From Candidatus Woesearchaeota archaeon (lineage in GTDB: Archaea; Nanobdellota; Nanobdellia; Woesearchaeales; SM23-78): a stretch of DNA of 64,000 bases. This document shows positions 27,730 to 37,117 of this stretch, piece by piece; the stretch's first letter is position 1; each line of letters starts with the position of its first letter. Both the position numbers and the translations under genes were made by a program. The stretch is from NCBI GenBank assembly GCA_016930415.1, contig JAFGGS010000022.1:16930-80929 (forward strand), written 5' to 3'. The notes under the pieces were generated by a model that saw only the letters and a list, made by a program, of their open reading frames with translations, searched no databases and was not told the origin of the DNA.

Positions 27730-29997
27730 TCAGTACAAGGGTATATTTCCTGTGCCTTCTCCGACCAGCTCAACGTTCTTGACCTTTGAGAGGTCGCCAA
27801 TCTTGTTGATGCGTAGCAGTCCTTGGCTCTTGGTGTAGAGCAGGTCTTCGATGTAGAGGCTCCTCTCGACTGCTGGTCTGTAGTAGTACTTGCCGCCCAA
27901 TGACGCGGAGTGGTCTACGATGCCTCGCAGCTCGATGTCGTCCTTGGTTATCTTGAAGACCATCGCGCCGTTGTAGCCTTGCACTGCTTCTGGCTTCCTT
28001 GGCATGATCTCGTCTCCTTCCCATCCCCAGTCATCGTAGGTCTGGCTGTAGGCTGGTATCACGAGCAGCTCTTTCTCTTTTGAGAAGAGGAATGCCTTGT
28101 GCTCGTACTCTGCAGTGCTCTGAGCGTATCGCTCGTCCGTCGTGAACTTGGCGATTTCCTTCGGCTTCTCGACGTCTGTCACGTCGAAGAGGCTTATCTT
28201 GAGTCCGCGCGTCCTTCCAGTCTCGCTCGCGTCCCTGCCTATGCCTATTATCGTGTTCGCATCGTACGGGTGCAGGTACCTGCTAAAGCCCGGTATCTTG
28301 AGCTTGCCAAGCATCCTCGGGTTCTTGGCGTCGCTTAGGTCGATTACGAAGAACGGGTCGACCTGCCTGAACGTGACCATGTAAAGCCTCTCGCCTATGA
28401 ACCTGGTGGAGTAGATCTGCTCTCCCTCTGCAAGGCCCTTGAGCGATCCTAGCACCTTGAGGCTCTTGTCCATCGTGAAGACGTTGTTCGTTGACTCTGT
28501 CATCTTCTCATCGCTTGTCGCGGCGAACCTTGACCATCTCTGGCTGATAGTCGTCGCTATCCTGAAGACGTCTCCTTCCTCGTCCATGCTGAACTGGTTC
28601 ATGATATGGCCAGGCACCTTGCCATTGGCCTCGACCTCGATGTCTCCGTTGTTCACGCTTATCCTGTTAACGATTGTGTACTCGAAATGCTCGTACTCGT
28701 CAAGCTTCTTCTTCAGGAGAGCTTCTGCCTCATCCCTTAAGTCCTCCTGCTCTTCCTGGGTCATGAAGTTCATGTAGTCGTACGCGATCTGCATCACCTT
28801 TGACCTCTTCTCTGCTTTTGAGAGCAGGTCCTCATCAGCGGCTTTTATCTTCTTGATGAGATCCTTGTCGCTGTCGGTGAGCCTTGGCGTCATCATCTCC
28901 AGTATGATGTCCTGCTCTATCTCCCACTCGTTGATGTACTCAGTGTACGTGATGTAGATGTTCTTATCGCTCATGTAAAGGTTCTGTCCGTTCTCGACAG
29001 CAATGCTCTTGGAGTTCACGCTTGCCTCCAGGTCTGCCAGGTTTATCGCGTGGATGTTCGCCAGCGTCACTCCGTTGTACGGGATGTTGAAGTAGTGGAT
29101 GTCACGCACAGGCATGGCTTTTATGGTGGCTCCGTCCATCATCACGGGCGTCGGGTAGATCCTTCTGTACTCGGGGTTCAGGTTGGTTATCAGGTAGGCG
29201 TAGCCCTCTGTCATCCTAGCCTCTGAGTAGTATCCTTCGAACTTGTAGTCCTTGACGAGCTTTGGCTCGGCCTTGTCGCTCGTGTCGTAGATTCTGACAA
29301 AGGTCATGCCTTGCCTTGGCCTAAAGTCCATCTCCTTGAAGAAGTCGTTGTCATAGAAGTTGCCGATGACCGCTAGCTTGTCTCCTTTGACAAAGAGGCC
29401 TGTCGGTCGGCTCTTGAACTTGACTTGTGAGATTACCTCTGCGTCCTCTCCAGGATAAGCCTTGATTATGAACAAGGAGTTTCCTGATATGGTGTATACG
29501 TAGTCCCCGTCCGTCTTGATGATGTCTGCCTCGTCGACCGTAGACACTTGGTTGTTCGTCTCTGAGTAGTCGATGTCAGCTCCGTTCTGCGCTGACTCTC
29601 CAGCAGTCACCTTGACGGCAGTAGGCGCTGCCATCGGGGCGGATCCTGCAGAGTCCAAGGCCAGGCTTTCGACCATGACTCCTCTCGCCATGTCTGCGCC
29701 GCCGAAGTATCCTCCACCGCTGACGCTGTTGGACTTGACGAACGCCAAGTACTCCGAGTCAGACTCGAAGTTGCTGGTCTCTATCTTCTCCACAGGGTCA
29801 AATGACGCCTGGGAATGGGTCGCCGCGCTCCCATCCACGTGCTCGATTATAGGCGGGATGACTCCTCCTTCGCACGCTGATAGCAGCATCCCTGCAGCCA
29901 CTAGGAACATAAGCAATATTATTGTAGTTATTATCCCTTCCTTCTTCATTCCCTTCTTCATATGGATCACCTTGCCTGTCTTATTGATCATACGCAA
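27730..29997 (-). CDS. large secreted lipoprotein (755 aa), hypothetical
   Basis: Signal peptide with lipobox-like LLSAC, coiled-coil segment, long extracellular region. Confidence 0.5.
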   Translation of the reverse strand: MRMINKTGKVIHMKKGMKKEGIITTIILLMFLVAAGMLLSACEGGVIPPIIEHVDGSAATHSQASFDPVEKIETSNFESDSEYLAFVKSNSVSGGGYFGGADMARGVMVESLALDSAGSAPMAAPTAVKVTAGESAQNGADIDYSETNNQVSTVDEADIIKTDGDYVYTISGNSLFIIKAYPGEDAEVISQVKFKSRPTGLFVKGDKLAVIGNFYDNDFFKEMDFRPRQGMTFVRIYDTSDKAEPKLVKDYKFEGYYSEARMTEGYAYLITNLNPEYRRIYPTPVMMDGATIKAMPVRDIHYFNIPYNGVTLANIHAINLADLEASVNSKSIAVENGQNLYMSDKNIYITYTEYINEWEIEQDIILEMMTPRLTDSDKDLIKKIKAADEDLLSKAEKRSKVMQIAYDYMNFMTQEEQEDLRDEAEALLKKKLDEYEHFEYTIVNRISVNNGDIEVEANGKVPGHIMNQFSMDEEGDVFRIATTISQRWSRFAATSDEKMTESTNNVFTMDKSLKVLGSLKGLAEGEQIYSTRFIGERLYMVTFRQVDPFFVIDLSDAKNPRMLGKLKIPGFSRYLHPYDANTIIGIGRDASETGRTRGLKISLFDVTDVEKPKEIAKFTTDERYAQSTAEYEHKAFLFSKEKELLVIPAYSQTYDDWGWEGDEIMPRKPEAVQGYNGAMVFKITKDDIELRGIVDHSASLGGKYYYRPAVERSLYIEDLLYTKSQGLLRINKIGDLSKVKNVELVGEGTGNIPLY

Positions 29998-30128
29998 CCC
30001 TTTTTTTTCTGGTTGCTACAGATCATGTGGACTAGGATTTATAAATAGTTTGTTTAGAATTCAAACAGGATTGAAGCTATCGGTTGAAAAACGCTTGTTA
30101 GATGAAGATAAGAATGTAAAAGAGTTTT

Positions 30129-30350
30129 TCAGTTCCTTTCCATGTAGCCGCACTTGCCGCAAGTCCTTCTGTCCTTGTGGTTTGCGAGGGTCGTGCCTGC
30201 TCCGCACTTAGGGCAGCTCTTGTTCTTCCTCTTGATGCTGTTGCCTGATATCTCGTACCTGCTGCTCGCTGGTTTTCCTTTCTTCTTCGCTGGCCCGCCT
30301 CCTCCTGCTGGTTTCTTTGCGGGCGTCTTTCCTTTGTTTGGTGCTGCCAT
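30129..30350 (-). CDS. rps27ae: ribosomal protein eS31 (S27a) zinc finger
   Basis: CPKCG...CGKCG zinc ribbon, Lys-rich N-terminus. Confidence 0.8.
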   Translation of the reverse strand: MAAPNKGKTPAKKPAGGGGPAKKKGKPASSRYEISGNSIKRKNKSCPKCGAGTTLANHKDRRTCGKCGYMERN

Positions 30351-30376
30351 TTTAGATCATCAACTCCTTTGTCTGC

Positions 30377-30688
30377 TTATTCTTTTGGCGCGGCTGCTTC
30401 CTTCTTATCTTCTACCAGGCCATGCCTCTTCATAGTGAACTCGTGCTCGACTGCCTTCATCGCGGTCTCATCATTATACACCCTGATCTCGATGTTCGCG
30501 CTGGGCGAGCCGATCTTCGGGACGACCTTGGTTACCAGGACTTGCTTCTCGTCAGTCTTGAGCTGCTTTGCCGCTTCCTTCCTGATGTCTGCCCTGCTTG
30601 GCGTCACTTTCTCGTATGCTATCCTTGCCTTCACGTCCCTCCTGTGCAGCAGGGGCTTGTTCTCTTCTGTCAGAATGTTGAAATCCAT
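30377..30688 (-). CDS. rps24e: ribosomal protein eS24
   Basis: 103-aa sequence typical of S24e (NPLLHRRDV...IRKEAAKQL). Confidence 0.8.
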   Translation of the reverse strand: MDFNILTEENKPLLHRRDVKARIAYEKVTPSRADIRKEAAKQLKTDEKQVLVTKVVPKIGSPSANIEIRVYNDETAMKAVEHEFTMKRHGLVEDKKEAAAPKE

Positions 30689-30723
30689 GTTGTATCACCA
30701 AATAATCATTTAAGGGGGGCTTC

Positions 30724-30912
30724 TTATCTTATCTTGATTGCGTACTCCCCGTCCGTCTCTACTCCCATCTTCTGGGCTATCTGTGATTCCTTTGAGTTTA
30801 TGAAATGTATCCTTCCCTGCCAGCTAGTCGTGAAGCTGTTCTTCTTGCATCCTGGGCAGCTGCCTCCTTCCTCGAAGAACATCTTGCAGCTCTTGCATAC
30901 AACCTTTTTCAT
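30724..30912 (-). CDS. spt4: transcription elongation factor Spt4 / RNAP subunit E''
   Basis: CKSCK...CPGCK zinc ribbon, 62 aa, located between rpoE and S24e as in conserved archaeal operon. Confidence 0.7.
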   Translation of the reverse strand: MKKVVCKSCKMFFEEGGSCPGCKKNSFTTSWQGRIHFINSKESQIAQKMGVETDGEYAIKIR

Positions 30913-30931
30913 CGTGAAACACCTCTCGTGA

Positions 30932-31525
30932 TTATTCCTTCTTTCCTTTCTCTTCCTTCTTGGGCTTGTCGCCAGCGGCTACCTTGCCGCCGTCCTTCAA
31001 GTCAGCTTCGATCCAATCTTCTTTTCCAAGGCCTGCCTGCCTCATGGTGAGTCCGATCTTAGGCGTCGCTTCCTTGTATGAGACTGCGATTATCCTCGCC
31101 CTGCACTGGTCACCTATCTTGAGGCTCCTATGGCCGTCTCTTCCCTGAAGGACCTTGTCCTTGCTGAATGACACGAAATCGTTCATGGTCTGGCTGATGT
31201 GGATCATGCCATCGAGCGGGCCTATGGAGTAGAACACTCCGAAGTCTGCGACTTCCTTTATCTTACCCCTCAATACTTCTTGCATCTCAGGCTCGAAGGT
31301 TATGAGTTTGAAGCTGGTCTCGTAGTACGCTGCGCCGTCGCCTGGGATTATCACTCCTTCTCCTATCTCATCAACCTCTGAGACGTCTATGACAACTCCC
31401 AATTCTTTTGAGATGAAGCCTGAGAACTTGCTCTTGACTTCTGCGACTATCGCTTGTCTTAGCTCCAGTCCGAACTTGTCTGGAGACACTCTTATGTGGT
31501 CCTTGATCTTTACCTTGTAAAACAT
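30932..31525 (-). CDS. rpoE: DNA-directed RNA polymerase subunit E' (Rpb7 homolog, S1 domain)
   Basis: MFYKVKIKDHIRVSPDKFG... conserved N-terminus; Lys-rich C-terminal tail. Confidence 0.8.
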   Translation of the reverse strand: MFYKVKIKDHIRVSPDKFGLELRQAIVAEVKSKFSGFISKELGVVIDVSEVDEIGEGVIIPGDGAAYYETSFKLITFEPEMQEVLRGKIKEVADFGVFYSIGPLDGMIHISQTMNDFVSFSKDKVLQGRDGHRSLKIGDQCRARIIAVSYKEATPKIGLTMRQAGLGKEDWIEADLKDGGKVAAGDKPKKEEKGKKE

Positions 31526-31921
31526 TTAGCCCATCACCGCCAAATACTTCTTCTGGCGCAAGCCTATGACTTTCGCCCCTTTTTCCCGAACACGCCTCCT
31601 TAGGATTGCGTCTTGGGTCGCTACGTAAGTATTCTCGTCTGAAGCGCTGACTATGTCGTCATCAGCGCTCTCTCTTCCCCTGGAAACCCCGACCCTTTTT
31701 AAGCTTTTCTGTCCTGCAAGGACGATTGCGAGCTTTGCTGCGAACTTGTCCCTCTCGCCTGCTGAAATGACTATTCTTTGGAGTTCGTCCATTGTCTTCT
31801 CGACGACGCACATCTCAAAAGGCTCGTCCATTATCCTTGCTATCTCAGAGAAGATGTCCACCTTGAACTGCCCTGGTATGAGGAGGAAATTGGTGTCAAT
31901 TATGACCTTTTTCTTGTCCAT
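31526..31921 (-). CDS. PIN-domain protein (conserved archaeal gene upstream of rpoE)
   Basis: MDKKKVIIDTNFLLIPGQF... PIN signature; stop abuts the rpoE start. Confidence 0.6.
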   Translation of the reverse strand: MDKKKVIIDTNFLLIPGQFKVDIFSEIARIMDEPFEMCVVEKTMDELQRIVISAGERDKFAAKLAIVLAGQKSLKRVGVSRGRESADDDIVSASDENTYVATQDAILRRRVREKGAKVIGLRQKKYLAVMG

Positions 31922-32052
31922 TGTTTTTCAGGGTGTTTCTGCATTTTAAAAGCTATCGGGGTGTTGGGTTGGTCACTCTGATAATCAAAACAACAGTGTA
32001 TGTTACTACTTTTAAGTAATATTTAAATAGTGGTTGTTGTTCTGCTCTGCAC

Positions 32053-32490
32053 ATGCCTCCCATAAGACGAATAGACCTAACAAGAGCACTCTCAAAGAGG
32101 GACTTTGAAAGGCCTGTGCAGCGGCTGGTACTAAGACGCTTGGAAAGAGACGATCTGTTAGGCTCAGGATTCCTCTACAGAGGATTTGACGGGGAAAAGC
32201 TAGTCTTCATGAAGTCATTTGGGACCGACCGCGTAGAAATGACTCCAAACGGCAAGTTGAAAGTATCTGAGGATATCACCTGCGCAAGAGACAGCGCCCT
32301 CCAGAACCCAGACGTCCACGCATGGGACAACCCCCTGCGCTACGCCCTAGGAAACGAGAGAAAAGCCTTAGTCGTCTACAACGCATACCATCTGGACATG
32401 CTAGACGAGGTCAACTACAAGTTCAAGGACCCGAAGAAGAAGCTGGAAGCCATGCTTGCAGTCTACCTGCTTGAGGAGAGCCTTTCTTGA
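32053..32490 (+). CDS. hypothetical protein
   Basis: 145-aa ORF. Confidence 0.35.
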   Translation: MPPIRRIDLTRALSKRDFERPVQRLVLRRLERDDLLGSGFLYRGFDGEKLVFMKSFGTDRVEMTPNGKLKVSEDITCARDSALQNPDVHAWDNPLRYALGNERKALVVYNAYHLDMLDEVNYKFKDPKKKLEAMLAVYLLEESLS

Positions 32491-32556
32491 GACAAGAATC
32501 CTGAACTCATCAAAACCAAAAACTAATTAAAAACATCCCGCTATTCCCTGTCTATC

Positions 32557-33240
32557 ATGGCCAAGAAGTCTAAGGGTAACATTCTAGTCATATGCGCTCA
32601 TTCCGACGACCAGGTGATAGGGGCTGGCGGAGCCTTGGCGAAGTACGCAAAGGAGGGCTACGACATCCACACCCTGATCATGTCCTTCGGGGAGAGCGTC
32701 AAGCCCCATTTCAAGCGCGAGGTCATCTCTAAGATCAGGGTGAAAGAGTCTCAGAGGGCCAACAAGATCTTGGGCGGAAAAGGTTTGACATTCCTAGGAT
32801 TGAAGGAGCTCAAGTTCGAGGAGGACTTTGCCAGGAGGAACATAAGCGAGAACTTCAAGTCTCTGATTCTCAAGATGAACCCTGTCAAGATATTCACCCA
32901 CTCCAACGACGACGCCCACCCAGACCACCGCGCCACCCTCAGGATTGTCCTCAAGGCCTACAAGCGCCTCAGGCTCACGTGCGAGCTCTACACCTTCGAA
33001 GTATGGCACCTCTTCAATATAAAAAAGAGGAACAAGCCAAAGCTAGTCGTGGACACCACAGAGACTTTCAGCAAGAAGATCGCCGCCCTGAAGGCGTTCA
33101 AGAGCCAGATAAAGCTCTCAAGCTTCTACAACTACTTCGTCCTCAACAACTTCTTCTACTTCCTGATATACATCAAGGACTTCATGAACGGCCTGAAATA
33201 CAAGTCTAGGTTCGCAGAAGTTTTTTATAAGATAAGGTGA
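32557..33240 (+). CDS. PIG-L/LmbE-family N-acetylglucosaminyl deacetylase
   Basis: ILVICAHSDDQVIGAGG and HSNDDAHPDHRAT motifs of the LmbE/PIG-L family. Confidence 0.75.
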   Translation: MAKKSKGNILVICAHSDDQVIGAGGALAKYAKEGYDIHTLIMSFGESVKPHFKREVISKIRVKESQRANKILGGKGLTFLGLKELKFEEDFARRNISENFKSLILKMNPVKIFTHSNDDAHPDHRATLRIVLKAYKRLRLTCELYTFEVWHLFNIKKRNKPKLVVDTTETFSKKIAALKAFKSQIKLSSFYNYFVLNNFFYFLIYIKDFMNGLKYKSRFAEVFYKIR

Positions 33241-34472
33241 TCTTAGGATATAAGGATTATGCAGTTATCGGTGGTCTCATGGCTGAGGATCAGAAGGTAG
33301 GAAAGGAAGCTGGAAAAGAAGCCGGCAAGAGGAAGATATTGATAGCGACAGACAACTTCCTGCCAAGGTGGGACGGGATATCCCGCTTCCTCGCAGAGAT
33401 GATCCCGAGGCTCAAGGACAGGTATGACTTGACTATAATCGCGCCTGACTTCGGCTACACTGCCGCCGAGAAAGCTCAGAGCTTCAGGTTCCTGAAGATG
33501 CCGACCTCACGTATCAAGATAGGCGACTTCCCTCTCCCAAGGCCAAATAAGAAAATCATCCGTCAAGAAGTCGCAAAGGCTGACCTTGTCTTCTCGCAGA
33601 CGATCGGCCCAGTAGGGCTAGCAGCGATAAACGCGGCGAAGAAGGAGAAAAAGAAAGTGATCTCCTACATCCACTCAGTAGAGTGGGAGCTGATCACCCA
33701 GTCATTAGGGATTGAGTTCTTCAAGAACCAGGCTTACTCTATATCAAGAAGCCTCGTTCGGAACGTCTACAAGAAAGTCGACGTCCTCCTGATGCCTGCC
33801 CAAAGCGTCTCAGAAGTCTTCTCATGGCACCAGATAGACGCACCTAAGAGGATAGTCCACTTAGGGGTTGATACCAAGAAGTTCACCCCGCCAGCGAGGA
33901 AGGACGATGCGAAGGCCTTGGTGGGGATTGCAAAGGACATCTTCGTCATAGGATTCCACGGGCGCATAGGGAGAGAGAAAGATCTCTTGACCCTTCTTAG
34001 GGCTTACATCCAGGTGAAGAAGCACCATCCCAAGTCAATACTGCTCATAGTAGGCGACGGCGTCGAGAGCGTGAAGAAGAAGCTTAAGAGCGTTCGTGGC
34101 GTAGTAGTGACTGGGAGCAAACACAACGTGGTGCCCTACATCCAAGCCATGGACGTGTTCTGCCTGACCAGCCTGACAGAGACCACGAGCCTGTCGGTCC
34201 TGGAAGCAATGGCCTGCGGCGTGCCGGTCATAACGAACAAGGTAGGGTTCGTGAAGGACTACGTAAAAGACGGCAAGAACGGGCTCTTCTTCAACGCGAA
34301 AAACAGCTACGACCTCTCAAAGCATATCCAACGAGTGATGAAGGACGAGGACCTCAGGAAGAGGCTTAGCCTGACCGGCCGTAAGTTCGTGGAGAAATAC
34401 TTCGACTGGGACCTCACAGCCAAAGAGATCATCAAGGCCATAGATGACACGATCGAGGGCAAGGAAGAATAG
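33237..34472 (+). CDS. GT4 glycosyltransferase (PIG-A/BshA-like), start overlaps the LmbE gene by 4 nt
   Basis: KILIATDNFLPRWDGIS N-terminus, EGLVILEAMACGVPVI, 411 aa. Confidence 0.75.
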   Translation: MILGYKDYAVIGGLMAEDQKVGKEAGKEAGKRKILIATDNFLPRWDGISRFLAEMIPRLKDRYDLTIIAPDFGYTAAEKAQSFRFLKMPTSRIKIGDFPLPRPNKKIIRQEVAKADLVFSQTIGPVGLAAINAAKKEKKKVISYIHSVEWELITQSLGIEFFKNQAYSISRSLVRNVYKKVDVLLMPAQSVSEVFSWHQIDAPKRIVHLGVDTKKFTPPARKDDAKALVGIAKDIFVIGFHGRIGREKDLLTLLRAYIQVKKHHPKSILLIVGDGVESVKKKLKSVRGVVVTGSKHNVVPYIQAMDVFCLTSLTETTSLSVLEAMACGVPVITNKVGFVKDYVKDGKNGLFFNAKNSYDLSKHIQRVMKDEDLRKRLSLTGRKFVEKYFDWDLTAKEIIKAIDDTIEGKEE

Positions 34473-34516
34473 TGAGGATCCTGCTCTGATCAGCCCCCTG
34501 ACTTCTAAGAAAATCT

Positions 34517-37117
34517 CTAGCCAAGCGTGATGATTACGTCGTTGGTTGTAGCCTGTATCCTTGCGGCCCAGGCCCCGTTGGAGTTCCTCACATACTGGGT
34601 CATGGTGGATGAGTTGTCTGCCCCGCTGCGAGAGACCCTGATGACCCCTATCCTCTTGTCGTTGATCGGGCTCGCCACGTTATAAAAGTTTATGTCACCC
34701 ACTGCGCCATCAGATGTCATGTTGCCGCCGATGCCAAGATAAGCCGTGCTCGACTCTGTTGAACTGACTATATCCAGAGTTGGCGTTCCTGTGAAATAAG
34801 TGCCTGGCGAAGTCGTCCCGATACCGATGCTAGTCCCATTCTGGTAGATTGCTGAGTTGTTGAGCACGCCTGTGGCTTGCCAGAGCGGCAGGTATCCTGC
34901 GGTGCTTTCTCCGCTCGTGAAGTTTACGTTTCCTTTTGTGTTCCAGGTGGCTGCGTTTGCTATCTGGCTGTCGGAAAGCTGGCCAGTGATGTTAGCCGCT
35001 GCGTGCTGATGGGTGTTTGTCAGGTTGCCGAGGTCTGTGAGGTTGAGTGTGCTGTGTTGGTGTGTGTTTGCAAAGTTGTTTGGGTCTGTGATGTTGGCTG
35101 CTGCGTGGAGGTGTGTGTTTGTTTCGTCTGCGTTTCCGCACAGGCCGTTGTCTGCCGTGCATACCCTGCTGCCGTTGGCCTCGTAGATGAGACCGCTAGC
35201 GTTTATTCCTCCATGAAGTCGCATGTTGAGCGGGACTGCAACGGCGCCGATTGTTATTTGATTTTCTGAGGTTGAGACTGCGCTTCTTCCTATAACCACT
35301 GAATCCGAAGAAGTGGCATTTGCATTGGTGCCTATTGCTATTGCGTAATTGGCTGCAGTGCGCGCATAGTATCCCACTGCTGTCGCGTAGTTGCCGCTTG
35401 CAGTGGAATTGGCATAATATCCTAATGCTATACCATATCCGCTTGCTGAATTGGCAGTTTGCCCTAGAGCCAGGGATGCACTAGCTGTTGCCGCTGAGTT
35501 GAACCCCATAGCGATTCCTGAATTGCTGGATATTGAGTTGCTTCCTATGGCGATTCCGTTGTTGGTGCTGACTTGTGATGCTGTTCCTATTGCTATTGCA
35601 TTCTGGGCGCTGGTTGTTGTGGACGATCTTCCTACTGCTATGCTGTCTGCATTGCTGACATTTGCCAGATAACCTATTGCTGTTGCGTATGTTGATGCGG
35701 CAATCGAAGACCTTCCAATGGCGATGCCGTAATCTCCGCTCGCATTGGTGTATAATCCTATGGCTATGGCGTTATCTCCTTCTGCTGTTGAAGCATATCC
35801 GCTTATAACGGTAGCTCCCACACCAGATGCTTTTGAGTTCATCCCTATGGCTGTGCTATACCTGTTGCTCTCTGCGTCATACCCTATGGCGACGCTCTCT
35901 GCGTATGAGTATGAACTATCTCCTATGGCGATCCCCCTGTCTACTCCTCCCTTGTCTACCTTCGCGTTGAGTCCTATCGCTATGCTATACGTGGCATTGC
36001 TAGAACTACCTACTCCTATGGCGATTACGCTTGTCGTCTCAGCTTTTGAGCCTTGTCCTATCGCGATGCCGTAATTTCCCGTGGCGTTTGCGCTCCTGCC
36101 AATCGCTACAGAGTCGCTTCCTGAAGCGACAGTGCTTCTCGTTAAAGCTATGCTGTCCTGCCCCAACGCTTTCGCCTGGTAGCCTATTGCTGTCGCATAT
36201 GCGCCTGTTGCGCTGGCACTATTACCGATGAAGAATCCTGTTGGCATGCTTATGTTTCCTGCTACTGTGATTGTGCTTCCGCTTTGGCTCATTATGCTGT
36301 TTTCTAGCAGGCTGTTGCTTGTGAATACTGGGATGTAGTTAGCTGTTCCTGTGCTTGACACGTTTCCGTTTCCGCCTGCTGCTGCGCACAGGCCGTTCTC
36401 TGAGGTGCATACCCTGCTGCCGTTGGCTTCGTAGATTAGGCCGCTTGCGTTTATTCCTCCATGAAGTCGCATGTTGAGCGGATCCGTCGTGCCCCCTATG
36501 ACTATGTTCGTCCCTTCTTGTATTATCGCGCTGTCTCCGAGTGTGTCTCCTGCGGTCCATAGCGCTACGTAGTTGGTGCTTCCTGCGCCTGAGATGTTGG
36601 CTCCTCCAAGGGCTGTCGGGCATCCTGTCCCGTTTGCTAGGCAGATGTTTTGTCCTCCGACCGTGGCTGCTGGTCCTGTCACGTAGAGGTCTCCGTATAT
36701 ATACGCGTTCCTGCTCACGTTCAGGTCTACGCTGCTCGTGCCTACGTATACCATGCTTCCTGCGCCTTGCAGTAGGTATAGTCCTGTCGGCGAGTTAAGG
36801 TAGAGGTTGTTGTTCTCTGCGTAGATCTGGCTTTGCGAGCCTGATGGCTGGGTCCCGTTGCCTAGTATGTCTAAGTAGCTTGAGTAGAAGAGGTTGCTTA
36901 TCTTGATCTGGTTGGTTACGTTGATGCTGCCGTTCAGCTCGCTGCTCCCTTGCTGTTCGATGTAGAGCGTGTCGTGGCCTGGGTCGTTCGCTGCAAGTGC
37001 GCTCGTCGCGACAATCGATAGCGCGCTGGCTATAGCTAGAAGGAGGATCGCTCCTTTCAGGGCTGCCTTCAGGGCGGTTTCATCATGTCTGGTCTTATGT
37101 TCTCCTTTCATCTTCAC
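34517..37117 (-). CDS. secreted surface protein with Hep_Hag/YadA-head-like repeats (adhesin-like), 866 aa
   Basis: Signal peptide; dozens of degenerate 14-mer repeats (..SIAIG.., ..ATAIGY.., ..AIAIGT..); internally duplicated PLNMRLHGGINASGLIYEANGSRVCT segment; NTHQH repeats. Confidence 0.55.
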   Translation of the reverse strand: MKMKGEHKTRHDETALKAALKGAILLLAIASALSIVATSALAANDPGHDTLYIEQQGSSELNGSINVTNQIKISNLFYSSYLDILGNGTQPSGSQSQIYAENNNLYLNSPTGLYLLQGAGSMVYVGTSSVDLNVSRNAYIYGDLYVTGPAATVGGQNICLANGTGCPTALGGANISGAGSTNYVALWTAGDTLGDSAIIQEGTNIVIGGTTDPLNMRLHGGINASGLIYEANGSRVCTSENGLCAAAGGNGNVSSTGTANYIPVFTSNSLLENSIMSQSGSTITVAGNISMPTGFFIGNSASATGAYATAIGYQAKALGQDSIALTRSTVASGSDSVAIGRSANATGNYGIAIGQGSKAETTSVIAIGVGSSSNATYSIAIGLNAKVDKGGVDRGIAIGDSSYSYAESVAIGYDAESNRYSTAIGMNSKASGVGATVISGYASTAEGDNAIAIGLYTNASGDYGIAIGRSSIAASTYATAIGYLANVSNADSIAVGRSSTTTSAQNAIAIGTASQVSTNNGIAIGSNSISSNSGIAMGFNSAATASASLALGQTANSASGYGIALGYYANSTASGNYATAVGYYARTAANYAIAIGTNANATSSDSVVIGRSAVSTSENQITIGAVAVPLNMRLHGGINASGLIYEANGSRVCTADNGLCGNADETNTHLHAAANITDPNNFANTHQHSTLNLTDLGNLTNTHQHAAANITGQLSDSQIANAATWNTKGNVNFTSGESTAGYLPLWQATGVLNNSAIYQNGTSIGIGTTSPGTYFTGTPTLDIVSSTESSTAYLGIGGNMTSDGAVGDINFYNVASPINDKRIGVIRVSRSGADNSSTMTQYVRNSNGAWAARIQATTNDVIITLG

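Noticed and set aside
34877-35269. 130-aa Cys/Val-rich + ORF
   Set aside because: Antisense to the repeat adhesin gene
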